This document shows positions 1 through 15,000 of a stretch of 56,458 nt of DNA, piece by piece. Source of the stretch: an uncultured archaeon (GTDB lineage: Archaea; Aenigmatarchaeota; Aenigmatarchaeia; QMZP01); contig CAZSLL010000007.1 of NCBI GenBank assembly GCA_964607835.1, forward strand, positions 1-56,458, read 5' to 3'. Positions within the stretch are counted from its first letter, which is position 1, and each line of letters starts with the position of its first letter. Both the position numbers and the translations under genes were made by a program. The notes under the pieces are model-generated. The model made no database searches and had not been told where the DNA came from. It saw only the letters and a program-made list of their open reading frames with translations.

Positions 1-3000
1 AACTGGAATGCCCCGGTGCAGGCACTTGACAGGAACCTGGACTCAGGAAACTGGGACGACACTGACATATTCAGTCCCTGCGTGATTAAGGACGATGACG
101 TTTACAGGATGTGGTACAGCGGAGACACAAGCGGTGTGCAGAGGATACTCCACACCAAGACCAGCTTCATAGACTCCAGCGGCAACAGGAACCCGGGCAT
201 GTCCTGGGGCAGCTACCTCCCCACGCTGGAGGACTCGGGGACAGTGGGCTTCCTGGGCAACAACACATATGACTTCGATGGCGGGGACTACATCAGGCTC
301 AGGGAGATTGACCTCACTGGTGAGTGGACCGTGGCCTACTGGTTCAACCAGGACACCAATGACAGGATGACCGTGGGCAAGAACGGCGAGACAGCCAACT
401 ATTTCAGGCACATAAGCGATGGCGCCACGCTGAGGATAAACTACAATGACGACAGCAGCAAAGACCTCTCTGTGGGAGGAAGCCTTAACACGTGGCACCA
501 TCTTGTGGTGACCAGCAACGGCTCCTCGAGCGGGCCAAACATCACGGCCTACCTTGACGGCGAGCTTGTGGACTCCGCCACCCAACCCGACCCAAGGTTC
601 AGGATTGACAACATAGGCTTCCCCTACACCAGCGGCTTGCAGTGGGACGGCGGCCTGGATGAGATAGCGGTGTGGAACCGCACACTCTCGGATGCAGAGG
701 TCTCAGAGATATACGGGAGGCAGGACATGAGGTTCACGGGCAACTACACCTCCCAGGCATTCACGCCAGGCTACAGGGTGGCCTGGACCAACCTTACCTG
801 GCTCAACACCACGGACTCATCCTCCACAATAGAGGTTCGGACCAGGACAAGCAACAAGCTGGACTGCTCCGGTGACTGGACGCCCTGGTCAGAGCCCCGC
901 ACCAACCCCTCCAGCCTCATAAATGTTTCTGCCAACTGCCTTCAGTACAGGGCGGTTTTCACCACCACCAATATGTCAGAGGACAACCAGCTTGAGCTGG
1001 CAAACATGACATTCGGCGACAGGCCCAGCGACTTTGACTGCTGGGACGAGGAGACTGATGACGAGACCAAGCCTCCTCCACCATCCGGCTATGTTGAACA
1101 GAATGTGTACGAGGACACTGACGTGCACTTCTGGGCCAACTTCACCGAGGACCTCACGAGCAAGATAATTGGAAGGACTATAACCAGGGTTGACCTTGAC
1201 AACTACATATACAGGGTGGAGGCAGGTGACATAGACGGGGACTCCAAGCCCGAGCTGGCTGTGGGAAGGCTGAGCGGGGGCAATGAGCTCAGGGTGTACG
1301 AGAATGACGGCACACAGAAATGGGTCAACAACACAGACGGCAGCGTGTACGGCCTGGCCATGGCTGACCTCGATGGTGACGGCAGCCTGGAAGTGGTTTC
1401 AGGCTCCACTGACGGAATGGTAAACGCCTTCGACAGCGCAGGTGACCTCATCTGGCCCTCCAGGTATGATGCCGGAGAGGACGTTCAGGTCCTGGCAGCC
1501 TCTGACGTGGACGGAGACAACACGCCGGATGTCATTGTGGGGACCAGAAACCAGACAGGCCATGAGCTCAGGGTGCTGGACGGCTCTGACGGCACCCTTC
1601 TCTGGAGCGAGGACATGAACGAGTCTGTCTATGACCTGGACGTGGGGGACCTTGACGGAGACGGCGTGGACGACATAGCAGTTGGCATAAAGGATGGCTA
1701 TGTTTATGCATACAACGGTTCCGGAGCAAAGCTCTGGGAATATGCTGCAGGGGGCAAGGTCATGTCAGTGGTCATAGGCGACGTGGGCAGCGACGGAAGC
1801 AACGAGGTCGCCATAGGTCGTGACGTGGGGAGCTATGAGTTCAGGCTCCTTCACGGCAGCAGCGGCACCCTTGACTGGCAGAAAGACCCCGGCAGCAGGG
1901 TGGGATACGAGTGGTTCTCAGAGGAGATAATAGCCATAGGCGACGTTGACTCTGACGGAAGCAATGACGTTGTGTTCGGCTCATGGGACGGATACGTCTA
2001 CGCTTATGACTCCTCAGGAAGCTCCCTGTGGAGCTACAACGCAGACGCCCCTGTTTTCGCCGTGAGCATGGAGGACACTGACGGCGACGGGGGCGTGGAG
2101 GTAGCTGTCACCGTGGATGATGAGGAGAAGGCCCTCAAGGTGGTGGGACCCACGGGCTCATCAGAGTGGTGGATGGGCTTCACAGAGAACATGTTCGACC
2201 TGGAGTCCCATGACATTGACAGTGACGGCATCAAGGACGTGGTCACAGGCTCTTTTGATACCCACGCCTACGCCCTGAGAGGGGCTACGTGCAGGATATG
2301 GTTCAATGACACTGCCACATGGACATACATGAACTGGAGCTATGAGGACAACCTCTGGAGCCACAGCAGGGTTTTCGAAGACCCGAATGAGTACGAGTGG
2401 AACATGTCCTGCTCATTCGGCAACTACCAGTACCAGTACAGGTACTCCAACATAACCATTATGGCTGTGGAGGACCCGCCTGACCCCAAATTTGTTGACC
2501 CCACCCCTGAGAACGAGACCAAGAGGAAGCTTGACTGGATTCACGTGAGGGTGTTCTCTGACAAGGAGATTGGCACGTGCACCCTGAACTGGATAAACAG
2601 CTCAGGCAACGTGAACATAACCATGACCAAGGAGGCATCCGGGGTGTACTGTAATAAGAACATGACCGGACTCGGCAACGAGGACCACTACTTCAGGGCC
2701 TACGTGAGCGACACCTCAGGCAACCTTAACGTCACAGAGGACAGGGAGGTCACCATAGACACAGTCACCCTGGCGCCCAGGTTCATATCACCCACGCTCT
2801 CCAACACATCCACCACCCCCCACAACTGGCTTTACATAAACGTTTCAGGCGGAAAGGCTATTGACACGTGCTACCTTGACTGGCCCGGTTCAGGGAACGA
2901 GAGCATGTTCGTTGACGGCTCATACTGCTACCTTAACAAGACCGGCCTATCTGACAGCTCCTACTATTTCATGGTATGGGCCAACGACACCACGTTCGGG

Positions 3001-6000
3001 AGCTTCAACTCAACAGAAGACAGGGAACTCACAGTGCAGACAGGCCTGGCCGACTGCGTTGGGGCCGCTGTGGGAGACCCTGTGGCCACCTGCCACAAGT
3101 GCGGCGTGGACTATGCCAAGCTCACCATCATAGGCCCGACCGGGACTGGCTCCTACGGCCCCGTGAGCATGGGCTTTGACTCCCAGACCGGAGCCTGCAC
3201 GGCTGCTGACGCCAACAAGACCAACTGGACCTATGACCTGGGATACGCCTTCTGCCCTGCAGAGGGACAGTACAACGGCAGCGTGACCTTCAACGCAGAG
3301 GGCGACACCAACGTTGACGAGAACACCGGAACGGACTGGCCTCTCTACAATATTGTATACGATGACACCCAGGGATGGTGCGAGTGTGCTGATTATGAAT
3401 GGATGACCGCGGCTGACTCAGGGAACGGGGAGTGCTGCGGCGACGACGGGGCCTCTGACACATTCGGCAACGCCACTGACGGCTACACCTGCAGCTACTG
3501 CGACTCCGGGGTCTCAACAACCAACACCCCGCCCAACATACCCGCCACGGGTTCCACCAGTCCTGACTATGCCTATCCAGAGGACAACGTGACCGTGAGC
3601 TCTGTCATAACAGACCCTGACTCTGATGATGTACATGTCCTGGTGTACGACACCCCTGAGAGGGACACCCTGCTCTGCACGGGAAGCACGGTTTCCTCGG
3701 GCCAGTCCTCCTCCTGCAAATTCAGCGCACCTGACGCGGGCTGCATCAACGGCACCTGCGTGCTCTACCTCTACGCCAACGAGTCCACCGTGGACTATTG
3801 CGGGGACACCAAGATGAACGAGAGCTATGGCACAGCAGAGTTCCAGTACGACGCAAGCCCTGAGATAACCGTGATTAACCCTGAAAACACCTCCTACCAG
3901 ACCCAGCTGTTGGACCTCAATGTGAGCACCAAGTACGCCTCCTCTGCCTGCCTCTACAATCTGGACGGGGGAAGCAACACCACCCTGCAGAACGACTCCT
4001 CATCCAACTGGTTCTATGCAATGGACACCGGCGGGAGCGGGCTTTTCGAGCTCCAGGTCTACTGCAACACCACCACAGGGGTCTGGGGTATGGAGACACT
4101 CTGGTTCACTGTGGACAACTCGCCACCAGCCATAACACTTGCCTCTCCCTCCAACAGCTCCTACAGGACCACCTCCATAGACCTCAACGCCTCTGCCAGC
4201 GAGGAGGTTGAGGCCTGGTGGTACGAGCTAAACAATGACGGGGTGAACCGCTCATTCACGCCCAACTCCTCCATAACCACCACCCTGGAGGGCCTCAACA
4301 ACATCACTGTGTGGGCCAACGACAGCGCGGGCAACAACGGCTCCACCTCCCTGGTGTGGTTCACCCTGGACAGGTTCACTCCTCTGATAGACTGGGTTGA
4401 CCCCACCCCCACTGACGGGGTTTACAGAAACAAGAGCTGGGCCCACCTAAACACCACCGTGACAGACAACACCACGACCTCAGCCTTCCTCGACTGGAAC
4501 TACTCCCTGGTGGGATACTGGTCCATGGACCACTACTCCTCTTCCGGGGTTTACGATAACTCCTCCAACAACTGGTTCGGAACCTGGTACGGCGGCCTGG
4601 GGACAGACAACATCACAGAGGGCAGGTTCGGAAAGGGCCTGGACTTCGACGGCTCTGACGACAGGGTTGTGATAAACGGGGACAGTCCTTTCCCGGTGAA
4701 CTTCTCAGATAAAGGACTAACGGTAACTGCCTGGATCAAGACCTCTTCCACAGGGACAAGGAAATCCGTATGGGGAGGCAACGGGAACAGTGCATATTAT
4801 AATCTGAGAGTGGATGACGGGGAAAGGGCAGAGTTCTGGCTGGGATCCAGTCCATCAAATAACCTTGTGGAGGGAACAACCACACTGCAGCCAGGTACCT
4901 GGTACTTCCTGGTGGGTGTGTGGGACCCCTCTGTCCCCGAGCTCAGGGTATACGTTAACGCGACCGAGGAGGACTCCGGCTTCAACGGCAACTACCCGAA
5001 CAACCAACAATATGCCAGGAACTGTATAGGACAGAAGAATAATGACGAGAGGATGCACGGGGTCATTGACGAAGTCCGCATATACAGCAGGGCCCTCTCC
5101 CCAGAGGAAATCAACGCCTCTTATGACAACAGCCTCTACCGCCTCAACGCCAACATCACAGGCCAGGCAGACGGTTTCTACAATTACTCTGCCTACGTCA
5201 TTGACTCAGCAGGCAACATGAACATAACAGGCACCAGGAACGTCACCCTGGACGCCACCAAGCCCGTGATACAGTGGGAGGACCCCACCCCGCCGGACGG
5301 AAACATCACCGGCAACGACTGGGTGTACCTCAACACCACGGTTACTGACACCACAGGAACCTCGGCCTTCTTTGACTGGGACTCCAGCCTCCTGGGCTAC
5401 TGGTCAATGGACTCCTACAACTCCTCAGGGGTCTTCGACAACTCAAGCTACGGCGACTTCATGGCCTTTGATAGCATAACAAGCGCCAACATAACAGAGG
5501 GCCGATTCGGCAACGCCATGGACTTCTCAGGGTGCTCAGGAAACCTCACCGCTGCTGCCTCAGCCTCACTGGGGGACAACGCCAGCTACACTCTGGAGGC
5601 ATGGTTCAAGAGGAACGATGTCTCAGGAAGGGAGGACATCCTGTACGCGTCAGTGGCGGCCAGGCAGCTGGACACCTCCAACTCCGCACTGCAGGGCTCC
5701 ATAAGGAACGGGACCACCTGGACGAGTATAACCGGAGGGACAATAACAGCAGGCCAGTGGCACCACGGGGCCGCGGTCTTCGATGAGGAGAACAGGAACT
5801 TCACCATATACCTGGACGGGGAGCTGGTGAACTACATCGTGCTTACCGGGGGAACCATTGCATCCACCAGTTCATACACCATAGGCGGCGTGCCCAGCCT
5901 GAGTTTCGACGGCTTCATAGACGAGGCCCGGGTACACAGCCGCGCCCTCTCCCATGATGAAATCAGGGCCTCCTACGATAATGATGCAAACCGCCTCGAG

Positions 6001-9000
6001 GGCAACATCACAGGTCTATCAGACGGCTCCCAGAGTTACAGGGCCTTTGCCATCGACAGGGCAGGCAATCTGAACATCACTCCCTCCAGGGACATCACAA
6101 TAGACCTCACCAACCCGGCAGTGACCTGGGAGGACCCCACCCCTGACCCTGACGAGACCATCAAGAATGACTGGGCCTACCTCAACACCACCATAACCGA
6201 CCACTCCATGACATCGGCATTCCTCGACTGGGACTACTCCCTTGTGGGCTACTGGTCAATGGACTCCTACAACTCGACTGCTGTCCTGGACAACTCCACA
6301 CATGACAATGAACTAGTGCTCGACGGGATAACCACGGGAAGCATAACCAAAGGTAAGTTCGGCAACGCCATGGATTTCTCGGGCAGCCTTGGCAACCTCA
6401 CAACCACCCCGTCAAACGGCATACTCGAGGACAACACCAGCTACACCCTGGAGGCCTGGTTCAGGAGGAACGACGTCTCAGGAAGGGAGGACATAATCTA
6501 CGCCTCCCTGTCAGCAAGGCACCTCGATACATATGATGACGAACTTGTCAGCTGGGTCAAGAACGGCTCTACCTGGGTATCTGCTAGAGGCGGCACCATA
6601 ACAGCAGGTCAATGGCACCACGCAGCAACTTCGTATGACGAAGACACAAGAAACCTCACCCTTTATATGGACGGTGATCTTGTGGACTACCTGCTCATTG
6701 GTGATGGGGCTATAGCGTCCAGTGGCAGCGATCAAATAGGCGGGGCAACTACCTATAGCTTCGACGGCCTCATAGACGAGGTTCGTGTGCACAGACGGGC
6801 GCTGAGCCATGACGAGATAAGGGCGTCCTACAACAACAGCATCTACCGCCTGGAGGGGAACATAACCGGCCTTGGCATTGGAAACCACAACTACACAGCC
6901 TACTCAATTGACGAGTTCGGGAACCTGGGAATCACGGGCGAGAGGAACGTTTCCTACTATGTGGACAACGAGCCCCCTGTTATCACAGTATACTCCCCAG
7001 AGAATGCCACATACACATCCGGCTCCATACAGCTTAATGTGTCAGCGGACGACGGCACTGATACCTGGTGGTACGAGCTGAATTCAAACGGCACCAACGT
7101 CACGTTCACCCCCAACTCCACCATATTCACGGGATTTGACGGTCTCAATAACATAACTGTGTGGGCCAACGAGACCAACGGCAACACCAACTCCACCATT
7201 GTCTGGTTCACCCTGGACACCATAAAGCCAGTTATATTGTGGGAGGACCCCACCCCAACTGACGGGCATTCAGGGAGCGAGAACTACGCAGAGCTCAACA
7301 CCACCATACTGGACAACACCACAACGACCGCCCTGCTCGACTGGAACTACTCCCTGGTGGGATACTGGTCCATGGACCACTACAACTCAACAGGGGCATA
7401 CGACAACTCAAGCTATGAGAACTTCGCCACCTACACTAACGGCGTGTCTGATTCAGATATGGAAAGGGGCATGTTCGGCAAATGCGTTTCCCTCGATGGA
7501 AGCTCTTACCTGAACGCTGGCAACGGCAGCAGCTTTGACATAACAGACGAGATAACGGTCTCGTTCTGGATGAAGCACAACTCGGCAAGCCAGAAGCAGA
7601 TACTGCTCGGAAAGGATGATGCCTATGCGTTCTGGTTCAACGGGACTGACGTGAGGTTCGCTGTCTGGATAAGCAGCAACTACAGGGAATCAGGCTACAC
7701 CAGCATAACCATGCAGGAGGGCGAGTGGTACCATGTCACGGGCAGGTTCAACGGAAGCCAGGTCCAGGTATGGGTGGACGGCACCAAGGAGAGCTCAGGG
7801 GACTTCTCAGGAAGCATTGACACCTCTGTCCATGACTTCAGGATAGGCGGGGACATCTCGCTCTGGGAGGACAGGTACTTCAACGGGTACATTGACGAGG
7901 TGGCTGTGCACAGCAGAGCCCTCTCCCCCCAGGAGATAAACGCCTCCTACGACAACAGCCAGTACAGGCTCATGGGAACATTCTCCTCCCTTACTGAGGG
8001 CAGATACGAGTATTACGCATACGCGAATGACAAAGGAGGCAACCTCAACATGACCGGCATGAGGTCATTCAGCATTGACAACAACCCTCCTCACGCGATA
8101 GAGTTCGTGTCCCCGACCCCCAGCAACAACACCCGCCAGACAGGGAACTCCCACGAGATAAACGTGACAGTATCAGACGCCCTGGCTGACATTGACGCCT
8201 GCCTGCTGGACAACGGCACGGCCAACATAACCATGACCATGGAGGGTTCAGGCACTGACGTCTACTGCCACTACACCCTCTCCACTACTGACGGCACTGA
8301 CTACAACCTCACAGTGTGGGCCAATGACACGGGTGGAAACCTCAACCAGTCAGCCCAGCTCAACTTCAGGGAGAACGATGAGCCCTCCATAACAGGCGTT
8401 GACGTGACCCCAGACTCCCCCTCAACCACGGATGACCTGCTCTGCACGGTGTCCGGCTGGTCAGACTCAGAGGGAGACTCCCAGCAGTACTGGTTCTACT
8501 GGTACAGGGATGATGTTCAGCAGATGGCCTTCCTGCAATCCGGGACCACCCACACCCTGCTCTGGGGCAACACCTCCTCGGGTGAGGAGTGGAACTGCAC
8601 GGTCATCCCGTATGACGGATTCGAAAACGGCACGATCATGGACGACACCGTTACCGTGAGCCAGGGATGCGTCATAGACACCCACGTGACCCTGTCAGCA
8701 GACCTTGACTGCACAGGGCACAGGCTCAACATAACCTCCTCTGGCGAGCTCGTTGCGGGGGCCTACAACGTCACGGCTGACAACGCCACAATAAAGGGCA
8801 ACCTTACCTCCACCACAGGAAGCCTCAACTTCACGGACTCCTCTGGCGTCATTGTCTTCTCGGGCTGCAACGTGACCGCAGGCTCAGGGCCTGACTTCCT
8901 GGGCTCCCTGAACGTGGACTCGGGCGGCGAATACAGCGCCACCTCTGATACAACGGAAATCGAGACAGACTGGAACATCTCGGGCACCTTCACCCACAAC

Positions 9001-12000
9001 TCAGGTATCGTGGAGCTCACGGGAACCGAGAACTCTGCCCTAATCGGCACAGATAGCCTTTACACCCTGCTCATAAACAAGGCCGCAACCGCTGACATAT
9101 GCACCCCGCAGAACGCCCTATCCATAAGCAACAACCTCACCATAGAGGAGGGCGAGTTCAACGCCACGGGCTTCACCCACGCGATAGGCGGCTCCCTGAC
9201 CAAGACAGGGGGCTCCCTGAGGCTCTACAGCGATTCATCCTACCTCAACATCGAGGACCACCTAATATCCACGGGCGGGACCCTGACCGACGCCTCTTCC
9301 TCCAGGATATACGTGAAGGGAGACGTCCACATAACAGGGAGCTCGCTAAACATTTATCCAGCAAGGCTATACCTGGACGGCAACAGGAACTCCACCATAT
9401 ACTCACCGGACAGCCAGGTGGGTTATGCCCTTAACATAGAAAAGGACACGGGCTACAAGGTCACTGCAGAAAGCGACCTCAATTACCGGCACCTTTTCCA
9501 CCAGAATGGTTATTTCGATGTGAATGGCCATACTGTTGACGGCTACGGCGTGTACTACGCATACTCGGGGGCAATCCTGATGATGTCCTCAGGGACCCTC
9601 GAGGTTGGTAATAACGGCTACAATGGGGGGACATACAGCCCCTGGTACTGCGGAAACGGCTGGAGCGAGGAGATTTCCGGGGGCACTATCCAGGTCTACG
9701 GCAGCATAAACGGAAACGGCTACGGAACAGCCCACTTCGCCTCGGGCTCTGACTTCACGCCCTCAGGAGGACTGTTCAGGCTCATAGGAACGGACGATGG
9801 AGAGATACAAGTCCTTGAGTCCACGAACTTCGGTTTCCACGACCTGGAGATTGACAGGACTGGCCAATGGGTGAAATGCTCTGAAAATCAGGAAATGGTA
9901 GTAAATAATGATTTCAACATAACAGCCGGAACTTTCATCACCAACGGCAACGATGTTTCCACCGCATACCTCAATGTTTCCTCAGGCGCCTCCCTGAACG
10001 TGACCAACGAGAGCACCCTGACCATGACGGGCAGCCTCATACTCGAAGGCTCGTTCAACGTGAACAACGGAACCGCGAAGAACATCACCCTGAATGGAAC
10101 AAAGTTCACGGTTTCAGGCGAGGCCGTTCGCATCGAGAACTACCTCTCAGAGCCCGCGGACGGCAACGGCATACACAATATCTCCAAGTACGTCAACCTC
10201 ACTGACCTGGGAGGGGGCTCATTCGGTCTTAACGTCTCCTACGAGGACTCTGACCTCGGCTCTGTACCCGAGGCGAGCCTCGAGATGTATAGGCACTCTG
10301 GCAGCTGGGGCCTCGAGGCGGGCTCTGGCGTGGACCAGGAAACCAACACAGTGGAGGCCACAGGCATATCCAGCTTCGGCCTGTTTGCCCCCATGGGCAA
10401 CAACGCCCCCAGTATAACGAGCATAGATGACTCACTGGAGACCCTGGAGCCCACTGACACCCAGACCATAACCCCCTCAGGCCAGGCAGACGCTGACTCA
10501 GACGCCCTTGACATGTACTGCTGCGTGGACGGTTCGGACTCCTGTACCCCCACCGCGGCCAACAACAACTGCACAGGAGGCAACTGGGAGGACCAGGCGT
10601 CCCCCTACGGCTCCATGGATTGCACTTATCCCGCTGGCTCCTCCCAGGGCACTGAATACGTGAGGTGCAGGCTCTATGACGGAAACGATTACTCTTCCAC
10701 GGTATCTGAGAGCTACACCATAGGCCTGGCCGGACCAACCTCGCTTTTGGTTTCCATAAACGATACATATGCCCTGAATGCTGAACTCGGCGGCCTGGCT
10801 CTTTCCTGGACAGATGGCTCCAGCCAGGAGGACGGCTATTACCTCTATCGCTCACAAGACAACTCCTCATGGAGCCTTCTTTCAACAGAGTCTGCCGACA
10901 CTCAATCATACTCTGACATAGACGTGAGCGACAACGCCCTATACCATTACAGGGTAAGGGCATACAAGGGAACCGAGAACTCATCCTACTCAAACGTGGC
11001 CTGGAACATGACTGCTGACAGGACAGGCCCGGAGCAGCCCAATCTCACGGCATCGGCGGACAACTCTGGTAATCAGGTGCTCCTCGACTGGGTCCAGGAG
11101 GATGAAGGGCTCCTGCTTTACGCCCCAATGGAGAACGTGACAGGGGACGGCACAGAGGACTGGAGCAATTACAGCCACTCCATCATCCCCCAGAGCGACC
11201 CTGCCCAGCAGGAGGGGATATTTGGGAACGCTGCAGAGCTTGATGGTAATGATGCATTCAACGTGACAGGCGACCTGGGCAACTCCTCTGAAATGACCCT
11301 CATGATGTGGTTCAACGCCACTGACCACAACAGCGGGACTCAATACCTCGCAGACGGAAGGGCAGGAGGAGGCTCCTGGTGGTTCATATCTGATTATACA
11401 GGAGGCTATTGCGGGGCTGACACCGAGGGCAACCTCTGCTTCGAGAACCTGGTCATGGTGCATTCTGACAACCTGTCCAGCAACGACTGGTACCATGTCG
11501 CTGTCACCCAGGACGGCTCTGCAACCAAGATATACCTGAACGGTGTTCTCATGGAGACAGGCTCGGGCTCTGACCCTGACATAGGGGAGGGCATGAGGAT
11601 AGGCAGCAGGTACACTGACGCCAGCTATTTCGACGGCCTTATTGACGAGGTCAGGGTGTACGGCAAGGTCCTGGGCCACTCTGACATAATCGACGACTAC
11701 CAGTCTGGCCTCATCAACCACGCCCTTTACAGGGCAGAGTCTTATTCAGGGCCCTACTCGTTCGTGAACACATCCTCAAATCTGCTCATCAACCCCGGCT
11801 TCGAGGCAGACTCCACCTGCCTGGAAACCGACCCGACTGGATGGACCCATGTCTCCCCATCAGGCGACTGCTGGGAGGTAGAGAGCGGGGTTGTAAATAG
11901 CGGGTCACAGGCCTTCGGCAACAGCTACGGATGCGACGCTTACTGTGATGACGAGGGCCAGGCAGGCTCATGGCCCGACATCTATGTGTACCAGAATGTG

Positions 12001-15000
12001 AGCGTCTCCGACCCCGGGACTGTATATGCCTCAGCCTATATTTACCTGAGCGGAGACCCATCGACATGCGGTGAATGTGGTGACCCGTATCACTGCATAC
12101 TGGAGGACGATGGAAGGATACACCTCTACGCCTATGATTCTGACGGGAATCTGCTCGATGAGTTCAAGGGAGACTGGGGAGGCGACTACAGATACTCCTC
12201 AGGGTGGAACCTTTTCGAGGAGACCTGGATTCCGCCAGAGGGCACTGCAAAGATAAGGATGCAGGTTGACGGAAGCGATAACAACAACAACTGCCTCACA
12301 GACCCGGGATCAGAAGGGGATTATGACGAATCCGGCATAGGCAATACAGCCCTCTACGTGGATGACGCTGTGCTCTATACGCTCCCTGCGACCAACAATC
12401 TCACAGACACTGAGGCCACGGACACCTCCCCGCCTGACTCTCCCTCTATAGCAGCAACCGCCCACAACCAGACCCAGATAAACATTACCTGGACCAATCC
12501 ACAGGACAACGGAAAGGGTTACTACTATTATCTCTCATCATATGATGATGAGGGAAACATCAACGACTACTTCACTGACTCCAACGTGGTCACCAACACA
12601 GATCTGGACACCGGCTGGTCAAAGGGCTATACGAGCGACATACAATGGAATGACATTGACCCGCCGCTTGGAATCAACGCAGAGGTGGTTAGCTTCGTGG
12701 ACGAGGACAGCTCCGGCTCATGCTATTGGTACAGCTACGGGGACTACGCGCCCCAGGACAATGACACCACCTATGTTGTCTCGCTCTGGGTAAGGACTAA
12801 CAGCTCCTCTGATGTTGAGGTGAGGTTCTACACAGCCGACAATAGCGAGGCAGACAGGACGACGGGAGAATACAGGTATGTCAATGCCTCTGAGGGATGG
12901 AAGCTCCTGGTTTGGGATGCCTTCACGACCGCCGACCCCACTGACAGCGACAGCCTGAGCTTCAATTTCAGGGAGATGGGCACATCAAGGCTCTGGCTTA
13001 GTGCCCCCCAGATGGAGCCGGCTGAATACCCGACTTTCATAGAGAACGACACCGTGACCACCGGCTTCAAGCAGCTGAGAATCCAGACCAACTCAAGCGG
13101 GTCGTGGAGCGACATTGACACCGATTCCTCCAGTCCGTTTGTCCATGGTGGGCTTGACCCGCACACAGAATACTGCTACAGGGCATACTCAGCGGACAAT
13201 GCAGACAACGAGAACCCCACTGTATCGGCCTATACCTGCGCGGAGACCGAAAACTCTGTTCCCTACATGACCGGGATAACCAGCACCAAAGACCCTGTTC
13301 AGGGGGGCTCACAGCAGGAAATCAACGCCACCAGCCCGGAGGACGGGGACTCTGACGCGCTCACCTTTTACTGCTGCCTTGACGACTCAGACACCTGCAC
13401 CCCCACGGAAGCCAACCAGAACTGCACATCAGGGGCCTACAGCTCTGTTGCCAGCCCCTACACGGACATGGGATGCTTCTTCGATGTCCCCCAGTATGAC
13501 GGGACCCATTATGTTCGCTGCAGGCTCTGGGACGGGTACGACTACTCTCCCGAAGCCAACACAACCTCATTCGTCATCGATTCTGCTCCCCCATACTCCA
13601 TTGAGTTCGTGTCCCCGACCCCCAGCAACAACACCCGCCAGACAGGGAACTCCCACGAGATAAACGTGACAGTATCAGACGCCCTGGCTGACATTGACGC
13701 CTGCCTGCTGGACAACGGCACGGCCAACATAACCATGACCATGGAGGGTTCAGGCACTGACGTCTACTGCCACTACACCCTCTCCACTACTGACGGCACT
13801 GACTACAACCTCACAGTGTGGGCCAATGACTCAGTGGGCAACCTCAACCAGTCAGCCCAGCTCAACTTCAGGGAGAACGACGAGCCCTCCATAACAGGCG
13901 TTGACGTGACCCCAGACTCAGCCACCACGGATGATGACCTGCTCTGCACGGTGTCCGGCTGGTCAGACGCTGACGGTGACAGCGAGCAGTACTGGTTCTA
14001 CTGGTACAAGGATGATGTTCAGCAGATGGCCTTCCTCCAGTCCGGGACAACCCACACACTGCTCTCTGGCAACACCTCCTCAGGAGAGGAGTGGAACTGC
14101 ACGGTCATACCATATGATGGCCACGAAAACGGCACCTCCCATGATGACACAGTGACCATAGGCAACAGCCCGCCGAGCCTGGACCAGACCGAGCTCTACC
14201 CCGCTGCCCCTGACACAGCGGACAGCCTTGAGCTCAACGCCACCTGCTCTGACAACGATGCGGGCGACTCGCTGACAGTTTACTGGTACATATGGAAGAA
14301 TGATACCATGGTGTCCGCGCTCACGGGCTCTTCAGGCGTGGCAAACGGTGACGAGGAGCTCGTTTACACCATACTGTCCTCCAACACCTCAAACAACGAG
14401 GAGTGGTGGGCAGAGGTGTGGTGCGATGACGGCACCACCAACACCTCGCACTCAAACACCACAAAGCGATACATAGCCAACACCCCGCCCTATATGCAAA
14501 GCATAAGCGAGTCCGATGACCCCATAAAGGGAGGGGATACCCAGACCATAACCCCATCAGGCCAGACAGATGTTGATGAAGACGCCCTTGACCTCGTGTG
14601 CTGCCAGGACGGTGACGACTCTTGCACCCCCACCACTGGCTCCAACATATGCACGGGCGGGAGCTGGGAGGACCAGGCTTCACCTTACGGCTCCATGGAC
14701 TGTACATTCACAGTCAATTCAGTGGACGACGCCACCTATTATGCAAGGTGCAGGCTCTGGGACGGGTACAGCTACTCCACTCAGGTGAACTCGACCTCAT
14801 TCGTGGTGGACTCCACAGCCCCCACCACCACGGACAACTCCTCATCGACCTGGGCAGACTCGGCCACTATCAGGCTAACCTGCAATGACGGTGCAGGCGT
14901 GGGGTGTGACACCGTTGCCTACTGCATTGACACCGATGGCGGCGGGGCTGACTGCTCTGTGGACACCTATACAGACATATCGGGCGGGATAGTTGATATT

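Noticed and set aside
8101-14157. Repeat pair as a diversity-generating retroelement TR/VR
   Set aside because: No reverse transcriptase in the window, both copies are in-frame coding, and the differences are not adenine-specific.
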